64,000 nt of DNA, taken from Eledone cirrhosa. Lineage: Eukaryota. The stretch is from positions 57,350,001 to 57,414,000 of the forward strand of contig OZ024746.1 in NCBI GenBank assembly GCA_964016885.1, read 5' to 3'. Shown here piece by piece: positions 25,171 to 38,760 of the stretch (positions are counted from its first letter, which is position 1; each line of letters opens with the position of its first letter). Position numbers and translations under genes: made by a program. The notes beneath the pieces are model-generated. The model had not been told where the DNA came from and made no database searches. It was given only the letters and a program-made list of their open reading frames with translations.

Positions 25171-25582
25171 ATGTGGGTATGTACATATATACATATATAT
25201 ATATACATATATATACAATTTAAGTTATCTTGATCACCAATGGGCAGAACTGGTGGTTCTGGTCGTTAAACCATGATGTAAAAAATAAACAAAGCACTCA
25301 ACGTTAATGCAGTATCCATTGGTTGGTGCAGGAGTGGAGTAAAGTAATTTATAAATGACAACAGAAGGCTGGACTGGAAAATATGCTTTAAGGTTTTAAT
25401 TCTGTGAAATCACTATACATATTTTGATGACCCAGCTCCATCTTCCAAATATTATGGAGGAAAGTATAGTAAAAGGAACATAAATTTGAAAATTGAAAAT
25501 GCAATTATATATATATACTTTCTTATCTTATATATATATATATATATACATATACACAGACACACACATATATATATATATA

Positions 25583-25635
<53 letters not shown>

Positions 25636-25637
<2 letters not shown>

Positions 25638-26110
25638 GTGAAGAAACAAGTCAATTGCATGAACTCATAATCCTTTATTTACTGCTATATATACTTCGAT
25701 GATAGCCATTGAATGACTATGACCTCATCAGGCAGTTAGTCAGTTCTTTGATATGCCAGCTCTGTGTGTATAGTGTTGATCGTATCAGAGCCTTGGGACA
25801 TATGAGCTTGTGAGGAATATATTTATGTTGTCAGCAGGAATAGTCTTGATTCTCATTGGTCAGTTTGTAGATGGTAGTAGGTTGGTAATTAATCTCAAAG
25901 AGGCAGGTGGTTCTGTAAGGTTCAAACCATCAGGCAAGATTACAATAGTTCCAGATGACTGATTTTCACAAAAGGCATTCTTGGGCAGAAATATTTTCAA
26001 ATAAGGTTAATAGTATGAAATAGATACTACAGGTCATTCTTGAGGAATTTATGTGGAGTAGTGCAACTGAAAATTATGGTTGGAGTAGAAAGTTTACAAA
26101 TAAAAAAACT
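25636..26110 (-). mobile_element. PLE 3' remnant
   Basis: Minus-strand TIVILPDGLN (GIY-YIG C-terminal PxGLN), then HHR, AATAAA and (TA)n. Confidence 0.6.
25681..25736 (-). ncRNA. Hammerhead motif with GAAG in place of GAAA
   Basis: ACUGC-CUGAUGA-long stem II (ggu c auagucau/auggcuau c auc)-GAAG-UAUAUA-UA-GCAGU then AAUAAA. Confidence 0.7.
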
Positions 26111-26371
26111 TATGTAGGTTGGCTTGCACTACACTCACACACACCTCCACAGATGCAGACACACTTCCACACATACAAAAAGTGGGGTGGTAATACTTAA
26201 TATAATGGTTAGAGTCCAATACTTAGATAGTTTAGAAAATTTAAAAATAAAAGGTTTATGCTGGTTCACTTGTACATACACTCATACCTACCCCCTCAAA
26301 CACACACACATCTACACACACGAATCCATACAGGTGTGTATATATATATATGCATGCATGAATGTACGCAC

Positions 26372-26526
<155 letters not shown>

Positions 26527-26810
26527 TATATATATATAAAATATATATAAACATAGAACATACATATATATAAAATATATACATACTAAAATATAAAAAA
26601 ATATATAGATACATAGAATACACACACACAAAATATATACACACGTAAAACATACATATATATACATAAAAAAATACACACACACATACACTTATATATA
26701 TAAAAAATATATACATACAGATAAGCACACATATATAAAAAATACGCATACATACAGATATAAAATACACATATATATAAACACATGATACATATATACA
26801 TATATATATA

Positions 26811-27626
26811 AAATCAGGTTCAATAAAACATTGTTTAGATGACTCCTAACGAGTAGAGGATCCGGTGTACCATCCACCATAGGGACCGCAAACCATGGGT
26901 GGTTGTTGTTGTCCATTGGTCATTGGTACGGGGTGTAGGGGACCTACTATGGGGGACTTGTGGGAGGCCGTAACCGGGGTTTATCCATATAGCTTGAGGA
27001 AAGTTCCCATCCTTAGGTGTCTGCAGGCACCGAATAACTCGGCCCTTCTGTTTAATAGCTTGGTTCCGCCATGAAGAATCTCGAGTGTCTCACTAAGACA
27101 GAGGTTGCAAACACCAGACTCGCCTTTGTCTGGGGGAACCTTTCTAACCACGGACCAGACCAGAGAGTGCGGGGTCTTTTCAAGTTTGAGCTTCCAGATG
27201 AATTCAGAAAGGGCCGTACATTTCCTCTTATCTATTCTGTTGAAGGAATGACGATGGTTATACCACCGAGCTTTGAAGCTCGTGGCTGTGGACCCTATGT
27301 AGTGGTGCTCCGAGTTAGGGGTTGTCACCTTGCACCTGTAGACCACGTTTTTGGTCATGCATTCATTACTAAGGGGGCATAGCGACGGGTCTCTGCAATT
27401 ACATTACTTCTTAAGCCCCACCACATATACGGCGTGGTTGGCATCACTTGGGTTTGGCTGGGCAGCCTCCGCAATCAGCACAGGGTCGTTGAGTTCCGGT
27501 GTGCTAGTTGGGCCTGTCCGGGTTCCGATGCCTCCCGCGTGCTGCTTCTTGAGCCTATTCCTATTTATGCCAGCTATGTGCTGGGCTACGGAGCGTGCGG
27601 TTGAGTAGGAAAGTTTCACCGTGTGC

Positions 27627-27630
<4 letters not shown>
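26811..27630 (-). mobile_element. PLE 3' fragment with GIY-YIG endonuclease ORF (26981-27358), in (TA)n
   Basis: CNCRDPSLCP..KNVVYRCKV..YIGSTATSFKARWYNH..LSEFIWKLK..CNLCLSE..LLNRRAELFGACRH. Confidence 0.88.
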
Positions 27631-27691
<61 letters not shown>

Positions 27692-27939
27692 TACATGAAA
27701 AAGACCAAACATACACAGGAATGCGAAAATACACAGTTATATTAGTTTCACGCTTGGAGGAAGTGGAGGTAAGTACCACGTTTCGGACAAATCTCATCCT
27801 TTTGAATAACTATGATTGTTTGTTTTCTTTCATAAATTAACTATTTTTTTTCACGATTTCGCGGCTTACGTGCCTTCCGGACCTGGATAATTACCCGGAT
27901 AACGCATTACCAAAGGTTTACCAGCCCTCGGATCTCCGA

Positions 27940-28720
27940 ACTTGGTTCTAATTTCGAGATTTTACATATCCCCTTCTCTCGCTGTGACTTCGTTAACGAC
28001 TAATTTGTTATTTTGTGTCTCTACTTTGTTCTGTCATACAACATCTTCATTTTGTGAGTTGTGTGTGTACAGGTGTAAATGAAAAGTGAACAAGAAAAAC
28101 CAATACAAACAAAGAATGCAAACTCTAATGGAACATTAATTTAAATCCTGGTATAGTGGAAAAAAATGTTGATAATTCGGATGTTAATCCTTCATCCAAC
28201 ATAAATGTAAAAAAGGGGTAAAGTAGATTGGAGGAAAGAGAAGGAATACAAACGAGTAAAAATAAATGAGAAACGATGACAACCCGAAATATTGTTAATC
28301 AATCATATTGAAAATAATCGAAGATTAACGATGTTTTGCAGGATAAAATATACCCAGTATTGACAATATAAACATAGACGTAAGTGCAGTAAGCTCTGTG
28401 ATAAATAATAATGTTTTGTAAAAGCCTCCATGAGTAGTTATATAACAACAGTGTGACATTCGAACGGCAACGAGCAAAGGCAATTCTCTGAAATCTTTTG
28501 ATAAATAAAATATTAAGTGAAATATATATAAACTGAAAATATATAACGCCAAAACGGATATAATATTCAAATTGGAATTAGGAATGTTTAATATTTAATT
28601 TGAAGTGAAAATAGTAAAATATACAAATAAATAAATAAATATGGTTGGTAAAATAAATATATAAATAACATCTAGTGAGTAGGATGTTATAATAATATTA
28701 ACAGTGGAAATCAAAATAAT
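27940..28720 (-). pseudogene. Probable decayed class A GPCR (peptide/chemoreceptor-like)
   Basis: Ordered hydrophobic segments VIYIFILPTIFIYLFV, NIISVLALYIFSLYIFHL, YKTLLFITELTALTSMFILSIL-IFYPAKHR, FVFLLFPPIYF, VPLEFAFFVCIGFSCSLFIY, then SQREKGICK; several stops; canonical DRY missing. Confidence 0.5.
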
Positions 28721-29309
28721 GAGGGAAAATTTATCAAAATTTCTGTGAAGTAAAAATGCAAAAATACAGTTTTGTAATGCATAACTAATATATTTCATCA
28801 ACATCCTCTTATCGTGGTTTTAACAAAATTCCTAGTGTTGAATAATGGATAATATTTGTGCGCAGTGAAGATGGTGGTGGTGGCGGTGGTGGTGGGAGGG
28901 GGTGAATTGGTGTGTCGCTGCTGGCGGTGGATGTGCGCGGGTAGTGATAATCGATTGCTTTACTATATAAGTTAAACTATATACTTCCTATCATCTAGCA
29001 TGTGATGTCATATTCCTCGTTGTAGTGGTGGTGGCAGTGACAAATTTTTAGTAAAGAGATATTGATTTCTAACGCCAGTACTTTGATGGCCAACCACACG
29101 AGAGGAGAAAGACAGTCAAAATGACGCCGTACTTTTGAGTGAGAATGATATTAATCCAACCCGGTGGGGTAGAAGGTTATAATGTCTGAGGCAGAATTTG
29201 TTCATGAAATGTAAAGTTACAGATGGTTCTACTCATCGTGAAAATCTGAAGCCATATTCACCCCAGCCCCTACCATTGTCAGCATCATCATCATTATTAG
29301 AAGGTGCAA

Positions 29310-29500
29310 GGGCGGTGAATTGGCAGTATCGGTAGAGGGTTGGACGACATGTTTTCTAGCATAGTTACGTCCCTTTACAGTCTGAGTTCAAATCCCACCG
29401 AGGTTAACTTTGCCTTTCATCCTTACGGGGTCGATAAAATAAAGTACCAGTAATGTACTGGGTAATTGCTGGCCGTGTGCCTAAAGTAGAAACAATTATT
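29310..29500 (+). mobile_element. SINE family A, full length
   Basis: gggcggtgaattggcag head to agaaacaattatt tail. Confidence 0.9.
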
Positions 29501-29786
29501 AGAAGCTGCAGCAGCATCTTATGATAGAATGAATTGGACAGGTGGTGGTGTTCCGAGACAAGACATGTCTAATAACGGTGATTGGTTAATACATTCTATA
29601 TTTTTGCTAGTTTTCTACGGTTGGATGCATTTCCTAATGCTAATAATCTTTTAGAGTCTGATTGGGAATTGTTATGCTAACACCAGTGCTAGAGAGGTTG
29701 TCATGTACTCGGCACGACATGTACTGGAGGAATTATGTCGTACCGCCACCACTTAAACTATAGTCTATAATAATTTATCACCATTA

Positions 29787-30070
29787 TTTGGCAGTATCGG
29801 TAGAGGGTCGGACGCCATGCTTTGACGCATAGAGTTACGGGCCTTGCCATTCTGAGTTCCAATGCCGCCGAGGTTAACTTTGCCTTTCATCCTTACGGGG
29901 TCGATAAAATAAAGTACCAGTATGCACTGACTGGGTAATTGCTTGCCTTGTGCCAAAAGTAGAAACAATTATTTAAATCTCGCCGAGGTTACCTTTGCAT
30001 TTCATCCTTATGGAGTCGATATGCACTGGGATAATTTCTGGCCTTGTGCCAAAAGTAGAATCAATTATTT
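29787..30070 (+). mobile_element. SINE family A plus tandem partial copy
   Basis: Copy 29787-29972 followed by 3' part repeated. Confidence 0.85.
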
Positions 30071-30631
30071 AATACGCCAAACTAAATTTGAGGGACTAAT
30101 GACACGGTGAAGCTCCCAGATTTCATTTATACATACACATGCAAGAATGGACCTAAAACATGAATGATTAGGGATTTCTGTTCAGCAGGATGATACATGT
30201 GTCTGTTGTTTCCAGTAAAAGTGAGATTCATTTATATGTAAAAAAACAATACACTGTCGAGTTATTATTGAACTTAGACAATAGCACCACAGTCATTCGA
30301 AACTATACTATTATATGAAAAATATATGTAAAGTTACTGTATAATACTTTGATAGCCGCTAATCCAGAACCGTCCATATTGCTATGAAAAAAACGACCAA
30401 TGTTAAGAGTTTCCTACTTAAATTAATGTCTCCCAACATAATTGTCTATAACATATATGTTAATTTATTCTAGTAGCAATAACATCATTTATTCTTTGAT
30501 ACCAACCAGATAAAAGCGGTCATAGGTATAGAGAAAACAACACGCATTTTAAAGGGTTCCCATATTAATAATTTCCAACATCATATTATATAATAATTAT
30601 ACGTTAAGTTACATGTTACTAATGAGATAAT

Positions 30632-30735
30632 TAATAATTGTTTCTGCTTTTGGCACAAGGCCAGCAAATTACCCAGTACATTACTGGTACTTTATGTTAT
30701 CGACTCCGTAAGGATGAAAGGCAAAGTCAATCTCA
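30632..30735 (-). mobile_element. SINE family A, 3' half
   Basis: Reverse complement of consensus 3' part. Confidence 0.8.
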
Positions 30736-31436
30736 ATACGGTTCTAACAGAATCACCCCTCCCCTTTAATGAGAAATAATGCACAAATAAGTATACGGCA
30801 AATATATTGCGAGAAAATGACCAAATTTCGTCGAAAGACATCACTAGCCGTGTATCATTGTTAAATAGTTGCTACCAGCTGTGGATTGTTACAGCTACAT
30901 CGGTGGTCTGCCAGCTAGTCTCCATTAATATAACACTAGGATACATGATCGCAGGACCAGAATCTGTCCTAGTATGAGGTAAATTAATATCATTCAGAAA
31001 ATATGGCACCACGCCAAGAAAGCCTTCCAATTCACTGAAGAAAGACGGCTGTTTCTTTACCGTGATATTTAAAAAGGTACAGGCGGATGGGTAAAGAACA
31101 GATATACGAGGATTGGTCTGGTGGCAACATAAATGAGAATATAATTACACGCGCTAAATGTGGAACAGCTGTCACTGGCAGATTATTCTGGATACAAAAT
31201 GATAATGATAATGATATAATATAATGATTAATATAATGCGTGAGATTGAATCAGGAGAGATTTTAAATTACATATTGCAATACCATTAAAATTTAATAGA
31301 ATAATCACACTCTACATTACTTTCATATATTATACAATGCTAAACAACATATAGTTCTGCTACCGGTTGCACAATAGAATATGCACTACACATAACTACT
31401 GCACATATACAATTATAAATATTATGTATATTGATA

Positions 31437-31620
31437 TGGAGGCGCGTGGTGTAGTGGTAATGGTGTTGGACTCTACGGTCATAATATCTTGTGTTCGTGT
31501 TCCAGGATACTCAGCTGAAAATATGTGCAGGCGTCCTGTCCAGGACGGAGTCGTGTACTCTCAGTTGCTTCACGCCATGAAACCAGGATAAGCACTGGTC
31601 TAATGAGCCTTCTGGCTTAA
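31437..31620 (+). mobile_element. Other tRNA-derived SINE remnant
   Basis: ggcgcgtggtgtagtggtaatggtgttggact tRNA-like head, degenerate B-box. Confidence 0.55.
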
Positions 31621-31961
31621 AAATCAATTTAGATTAAGACTAGACATTTAGATGTATATTGATACTGATACTTATTATAAAATATGATAAATAAAATGCT
31701 ACTACACATACTGTGATATTAAATGAAGATGGCATAAGAGGTTCTCTAAGTTGTCTCGCAACCTACCAGGAATAACAGCTAAATATCTCTCAAATGACAT
31801 ATTACTATCATATTAGTATCTTAATAGAACGCAAAACATATTTGATGATGTTAACATAGATGTGATTTAAATAGGACACAGTGTTTACACAGTACATTAT
31901 GAAAAGGAAGCATGTAAGGATGAAATGTAAATATAACCTCGAAAACAATATGTTTTATATA

Positions 31962-32050
<89 letters not shown>

Positions 32051-33159
32051 TGTGTGTGTGTATGTGTGTGTGCGTCTGTGTGTGTTTGACCCTGGCAATA
32101 TAAAGAAACATGCATAGTATCAAAGGAGAGATTAGTATGTACTTTAAATTATGTTATAAACATTATTTTGAGTTTCTGAATAATCCATTTCAAAATCTGA
32201 TGTAATGTTACCCTTTCTTTGTTTAAAAGTAGTGAACCGTTTTACTGAAATGGTGTGTTAATACTAGGTAGGGTTTTTTCAAATATGTATTTTTAAAATA
32301 TAGTAATGTTATTTGGAGAAACGTTATTTCAATAGCGAACGTACTATTTATCTAGGATGTAAATAACGATTATTTCAACACAGTTCTTAGAGTTACCAAC
32401 TGTCTATTTGAAAGTAGAATACAATGAATTAAGAAACTTTATTTCAACAATGTACATAGATGTTTACAATGTTCCTTTGAAAATAGAATGAATGCGTTGA
32501 AACATTATTTGAATACAAGGCATATAATTATACATAATATAAATAATCATTATTTTAACACTGGATTTACCGGTACGCATTCTCTCTTTGAAAGTAGAGT
32601 GAAACGAATTAAGAGAATGTTTTCAAAACTGGACATAGTGTTGTCTAAAGTTCGTTTGAAAATAAAATGAAGATATTATTGGAAGATAAGACGCTCTATT
32701 ATCCAGGTTTTAAAGGAGCCCCATCCAAAATTGGAAGTGTATAAGTAGCGAGAATACAATGATATCTAGTGGCAGCCTCTTTCTGAAGGACAGTTTCAGT
32801 TGTTCTCACTTGACACTCAGATCCGTCTTTTTTAACCCACATAATGGTAATTGCTTATAGTAACAGGCTAAACTTTGATAGGGCCTGAAAAACTGGAGAG
32901 GAGATGGTCCCTGACAAACAAGGAAGGCAAATCAGGCTTGATTTCTGCTTGAAGACTAATTTTTCAAATTCTTTTAAAGACTTATAGTTTTTTGTCGCTT
33001 CGGTTAACCAAGGGAGAAAGCTTTGGATTTATCAGTTATTTTTTAAATAATTAAAATAATTAAAATAAAATTATATTAGATAAAACTAAAAATAATTATA
33101 TACATAGGAAGAGAAACACGCGAGAGCGCACACACGCACACACACACATATACACACAG

Positions 33160-33190
<31 letters not shown>

Positions 33191-33206
33191 CACATATCTA
33201 TCTATC

Positions 33207-33467
33207 TAAGGCGGGTAAAATTCCCGAGATCCATGGACGAGTTCTCTCCAGCAGTCTCTGTCCCTCATTATCGCTGCCATGTCCTGCGTCTCCAACAGAC
33301 CAGTGTCTGTCCTTAGGGCATCAACATATGTTAACCTTGGTCTTCCTCTTCCAGTGTGTCCATGTAGGGGCTCCCAAAGGAGCACTGAGTGCAATGTCAA
33401 CTCTGGATGTCGGTGAGCATGTCCAGCCAACCTCAGTCTCCTCTGTGTCACTTTTGAGCTGACTCTT
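33207..33467 (-). mobile_element. RTE LINE 3' end (same family as 21243-22560)
   Basis: KVTQRRLRLAGHAHRHPEL..LLWEPLHGHTGRGRPRLTYVDAL..WRELV. Confidence 0.88.
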
Positions 33468-33472
33468 AATAT

Positions 33473-33526
<54 letters not shown>

Positions 33527-34764
33527 ATGTGTGTGTGTGTGTGTATACGAAAACCAAACGAGCACAACAAAGTAAACAACACAGCTCAATGAAGAAATAT
33601 GTTCGTTTTATGTTTGATATAAATAGGATAAAAAGCTCAAGGTTTCGGACACTATTCTTTCATCAAGACATCGAATGGAAAATAACAGATCAAATAGAAT
33701 AAATAGAAAGTTAGAGAGTGTGAAGAGAGTGAAGGTGACAAACTTTGAGAAAATGCACGTCTGTACTCAGTCAGCCATATATATATTTACAGAAATAGAT
33801 AGATGTATATATAGAGAGAAAAAGAGAGAGAGAGAGAGAAAGAGAGGGACATGTAGATAGACAGACTCATAGATAGATAGATAGATAGATAGTTAAATAG
33901 ATGTTTTCTAGGAACCCTTCAGCAATGGCTTGTAAGTGATAGAATGTATAACTGACTGAGTACTTTACTTTGGTTTTACTTCTTGTTTTTTAATGCACAG
34001 AGAGAAGAATAACGATACAATAAATAAATGTAAAGTCTATTTAAAGTCTCCATAGCATCTACGACGTCATTAAATGATTGCTGCTTGATTAAGACATTAA
34101 CACTGATATTTACTATTAGAACGCCTACCTATTTACGGCTGATAAACGACTATGCTTTCATATCAGCATTTGCGATCACCGTTCTCTTAAGATACTATCA
34201 TCATCTTGCTGCAGTGTAAATATAATTAAATAAATATGTAAAACAAACAAAGTTTAGCAGCGTAATTTAGATGGTTGATAATCGTGAACAGAATTTTTTT
34301 AATACTACATACATTTCATTATTACTTCAGGCAAATAGCCTTTTTTTATTTGCTTTCGTTCTTTCTATGTTTCTTTCGGCTAATCCTGATGATGATGTAT
34401 AAAACAAGTTGACAGATGGTTTGCTCTTACGCGTTTATCATCACCTATTTAAACTAGAGAAAGGTTCATTATAGGGTTCTTAATACATTGGTGTAAATAT
34501 ATAAGTAATACTTCCTTTAATGATGCTGACGGGAGGAAATTCCCTGCTAGAGTTTAACAAGAAATATTAATGACATACTGGTCTGTTGCTGTCTTTGAAT
34601 TAAAATTCCGACAGTTGCAAACACAATCATGCACACACACAAACACCTACTCATACGCCAGACATGCGCACATACACACCTCAAGAATAACACATGTGTA
34701 TGTAGTAAATAAGTGTATTGTATATAGATATATAGACATACATACATAAATACACACACAGAAG

Positions 34765-34889
<125 letters not shown>

Positions 34890-35042
34890 ATTAATTAAAA
34901 CAACAGATGGCAGGACTGGGGGTTCTTTTTAAAGTGTTATTGTTGCAAAAAGCACTATATATATATAAATGGCCTGGTTACGTAAGATATATGTATACAT
35001 GTATGTAAGTATATATGTCATCATTATTATTATTATTATCAA

Positions 35043-35227
35043 GGGCGCTGGATTGGCAGTATCGGTAGAGGGTCGGACGCCATGCTTTCCAGCATAGTTA
35101 CGTCTCTTTACGATCTGATTTCAAATCCCACCGAGGTTGACTTTGCCTTTCATCCTTACAGGGTCGATAAAATAATGTACCAGTAATGCACAGGTTAATT
35201 GCTGGCCTTGTGCCTAAAGTAGAAACA

Positions 35228-35232
<5 letters not shown>
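35043..35232 (+). mobile_element. SINE family A, full length
   Basis: Matches consensus; (ATT)n on both sides. Confidence 0.9.
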
Positions 35233-35260
<28 letters not shown>

Positions 35261-35264
35261 TATA

Positions 35265-35378
35265 TAGGAAAAAGTATGACCCGAAGGCAGAGCTCAAGCC
35301 GTTTCGACGGCTATTTCTGGACTAGATTAGAATGTTTAGCCTGGTGAATAAATAGCCTTACCGCAATTCCTTTGTTAT
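35265..35378 (-). mobile_element. Internally deleted copy of the 12270/63145 palindromic element
   Basis: ataggaa..gagctcaagccgtttcgacggcta arm and ccttaccgcaattcctttgttat tail. Confidence 0.7.
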
Positions 35379-35977
35379 ATATATATATACCATACACATC
35401 TTGACTGATGCGTTCAAACAACAATACACAAAATGAGTTTCAGCCGAATATCCAAGCAGTCATTTCAGTTAGTCTTATATATAAATAACTTTCAGATAGT
35501 TATCACTCGACATGGCTGAATACAATAAATGTAAGTGTTTTTCGAATATTAATAACAATATTCGATTCGTTTTCAACTGTGCAAAGTGGCTCTTTAGAGC
35601 CATGTCAGTAGAATGAGCCCCTCATTCTTGCTCTTGTGTTGCCATGTAAACAGAACTGCAGACACTAATGTTTCTAGGTGATTTTTCTTCATCAGTGCGG
35701 TTTACTGCTCACCGGCCAAGTGTCAGAGCTAGTGAAAATATACGATATTTTCTGAAATATACAGTGAATGATCGGCTTGATTTGCATATTAGCAGTCACC
35801 GTATATTTAAAACAATATGATATATTTTCACTAGCTTTGACAGTTGTGTGTGTGTATGTGTGTGTGTGTGTTTGTGTGTCTGTGTTTGTGTGTGTGTGCG
35901 TGTGTGGGATGGGGGGGGGGGTATGTGTATGTGTGTGCGCGCGTGATGGCGGCTGAAACGTGTTAGCTTGAAAATGC

Positions 35978-36009
<32 letters not shown>

Positions 36010-36012
<3 letters not shown>

Positions 36013-36540
36013 CGCGTTGTAGGATATGTGGAAGCTGGGGCTCACATCGTATCTGAGTGTAAACACCAAGACCAGACTCACTATAAAGGATATATGGATA
36101 CTATCACAGGAAATATGATTTACTGCCATATATGCAAACTGAACAAATTAACACATTCTGAGAAAAGTACGAGCATACGCCATAGTCTTTAATAGAAAAC
36201 GGTCGAGTGATGGTACTGTGGGACTTCAGGATACAAATGGACAAGGAATTAGAACACAATAGGCTTGACGTGATAGACAAGGATAAATGATCTTGTGTGA
36301 TTATAGATGTAGCTTGCCCCTTTGACACAAGAGTCTAAGAAAAGGAGAAGGGGAAAATTAACCGGTACCAGGATCTAAAGTGGGAACTGTAATTAATTTG
36401 TGACTGTTATGTGATCAAGTTCATCCCCAACATCAAAGGAGCAATAACTACTATCTGGAACAGGAAGGAACTTTCGATATGTCTAGCTTATTCTAACGCT
36501 GCCTGCAGGTAGCGACTTGTTCATTAGGGTACATTTTCTG
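36010..36540 (+). mobile_element. R4/Dong-like non-LTR retrotransposon remnant (CCHC plus restriction-like endonuclease)
   Basis: AHIVSECK, LWDFRIQMDKELEHNRLDVIDK, CVIIDVACPFDTRV, KINRYQDLKWEL. Confidence 0.75.
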
Positions 36541-36569
36541 GTAAACATCATCAATGGTTGGGATATCAT

Positions 36570-36963
36570 AATAATTGTTTCTGCTTTTGGCACAAGGCCA
36601 GCAATTATCCCAGTGTATTACTGGTACTTTATTTTATCGACCCCTTAAGGATGAAAGGCAAAGTTAACCTCGGCGGGTTTTGAACTCAGTCCGTAAAGGG
36701 ACGTAACTCTGCTGCAAAGCATGGCGTCCGACCCTCTACCGATACTGCCAATCCACCATAATGACAATAATAATTGTTTCTACATTTGGCACAAGGCCAG
36801 CAATTAAGCAGTGCATTACTGGAACTTTATTCTATCGACCCCGTAAGGATGAAAGGCAATGTTAACATCGGCGGGATTTGAACTAAGAAATAGCAAGGGC
36901 CGTAACTCTATGCGTCAAAGCATGGCGACCGACCCTCTACCGATACTGCCAATCCACCAGCCC
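36570..36963 (-). mobile_element. Two tandem SINE family A copies
   Basis: 36570-36757 and 36770-36963, both reverse complement of consensus. Confidence 0.9.
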
Positions 36964-37269
36964 TTATGACAATAATAACAATAATGACAATAATAATAAT
37001 AATAATAATATTCTTAGAAATGGAGCAGATCTCAAATGCAGGACATGTGACAGACTAGCACCAACATTTCCAGACTAGCACCAACTGAATATAAGGTCAG
37101 ACATGATTAAGTGGTGCAACATATCTACTGGAGAAAATGCAAAAGCTACAATGCAGAATATTGAGAAAACTCGTCTGGACACAAACCACAAGCTTGCCGT
37201 GGTTGATGATGCACAAAGATGCGCAGAAGCAACGCCATCTACAGATATTAGAATACGGTGAACATGTGT

Positions 37270-38060
37270 ATCGCTGTTTGTTTTGATGGCCATCCCACAG
37301 CTTGTCTCTTTGACTCAGCTGTAATATATCATTAAAGACCTAGAGTGGATAGCTAGAATGCTACCAGGCATTTACTGGCCGCTACTGGGCGGATAATGCG
37401 GTCGATCGATATTCCCCTCTAGTGTTCTATTGGAGTTTAGAGGTGGGGAAATGTGACGGTGCTCTGAGAGAGACTCTTAGCGTCGACGAATTCGAACTAA
37501 CCAGTCTGTTCCCGAGGACCGTCGAGAGGGTGACCATAGACAACTTCCAGATTACCCTCATTTGTCAGTGTTACTGGGGTACATTGCCTGTTTGAGATAA
37601 ACTCTAAAGGCACAAATTGCGGTTGGATGGACCTGTCCGAAATGCATGCAGAAACCATTCTGCACGGACACATCCTGTGCCCGTGCATTTCTGACTGGGA
37701 AGTTCTGTCGAATAACTATTATTGCGTGCGGTACGGATCCGGCTATCAACCGAGTACATAGTAAAGATCACCACTTCAGCTTCTTTGGGTCGGGAACTGC
37801 AAAGAGCTTTAATCTGCCTGCTGGTTGTAGCAGAATAGGTCGCGTTGTGGCTGATGTTGAAGGACGGAAGCCAGACTATTTTCTCTTCGGTCAAATTCCT
37901 CATCATTTTCATGTTTCACATGGAAAGGAACGTGAGGGTGGAAAGGGAAGTGCTACCTCCCAAAACTTTGCTAAAAGGTAGGTGAATGTTGCGAAAATGA
38001 ATCTGACATTCCTCAGATAGCCTCGCTTATTTGAAAATGAGAGTGCTGCCTCTCTCGGCT
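37270..38060 (-). mobile_element. Possible DIRS-type tyrosine recombinase remnant
   Basis: ATTSRQIKAL, AICAFRVYLKQ (cf. CPVRALxxYL), IIRPVAASK (cf. HSxRxxAAS), QAVGWPS (cf. AAGWxS) in the expected order across frameshifts. Confidence 0.45.
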
Positions 38061-38211
38061 GCACACAGAGCATCGGGGTGTTCAGGATTGGTGGGATTTG
38101 TGAGTTGCCCCATGGTGGCTCTACCATATTGGGGAATTTTCATTGTAATATTTTTGGGGGGTTTATTTTTTGGGTGTTTATTGTTATTGTATTATATTAT
38201 TATAATTATCT

Positions 38212-38403
38212 AGGGCGATGAATTGGCAGTATCGGTAGACGGCCGGACGCCATGCTTTGCAGCAAAGAGTTACAGCCCTTTATGGCCTGAGTTCAAATCC
38301 CGCCGAGGTTAACTCTGCCTTTCATCCTTACGGGGTCGATGAAATAAAGTACCAGTAATGCACTGGTTAATGCTGGCCTTGTGCCAAAAGTAAAAGCATT
38401 TAT
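38212..38403 (+). mobile_element. SINE family A, full length
   Basis: Matches consensus. Confidence 0.9.
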
Positions 38404-38503
38404 TATAATTATCTATATACATATTTACAACATGCTCCCTAAAATTGTATACACACTTCAATAGGATTCTAATAGATCATTAGGGGACATCCTGTATATA
38501 TCC

Positions 38504-38640
38504 TGTGGCTGAGTGGTTAGAGAATTGGATTCACAATATTGAGGTTGTGAGTTCGATTCCTGGACCGGGCGATAGTTATGTCCTTGAGCAAGGCACTTTA
38601 TTTCACGTTGCTCCTTCTACCTGGAGTTGCGACCGATAGA
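38504..38640 (+). mobile_element. Second tRNA-derived SINE family
   Basis: tggctgagtggttaga A-box, gagttcgattcc B-box, gtccttgagcaaggcacttt core; degenerate relative at 47650-47770. Confidence 0.7.
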
Positions 38641-38712
38641 TAGTATTAGCAACTGGAAAAACCAACGGAAACATTGTTTCCTCGGTCCGATTTGACGAAA
38701 ATCGAACGCTAG

Positions 38713-38760
<48 letters not shown>

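Noticed and set aside
27765-27805. Minus-strand GGAU..GUCC-GAAACGU
   Set aside because: No CUGANGA and G at the cleavage position; insufficient
28325-28804. Mitochondrial insertion (ND5-like THxxxKxLLF)
   Set aside because: Only one weak motif; the order of segments fits a 7TM receptor better
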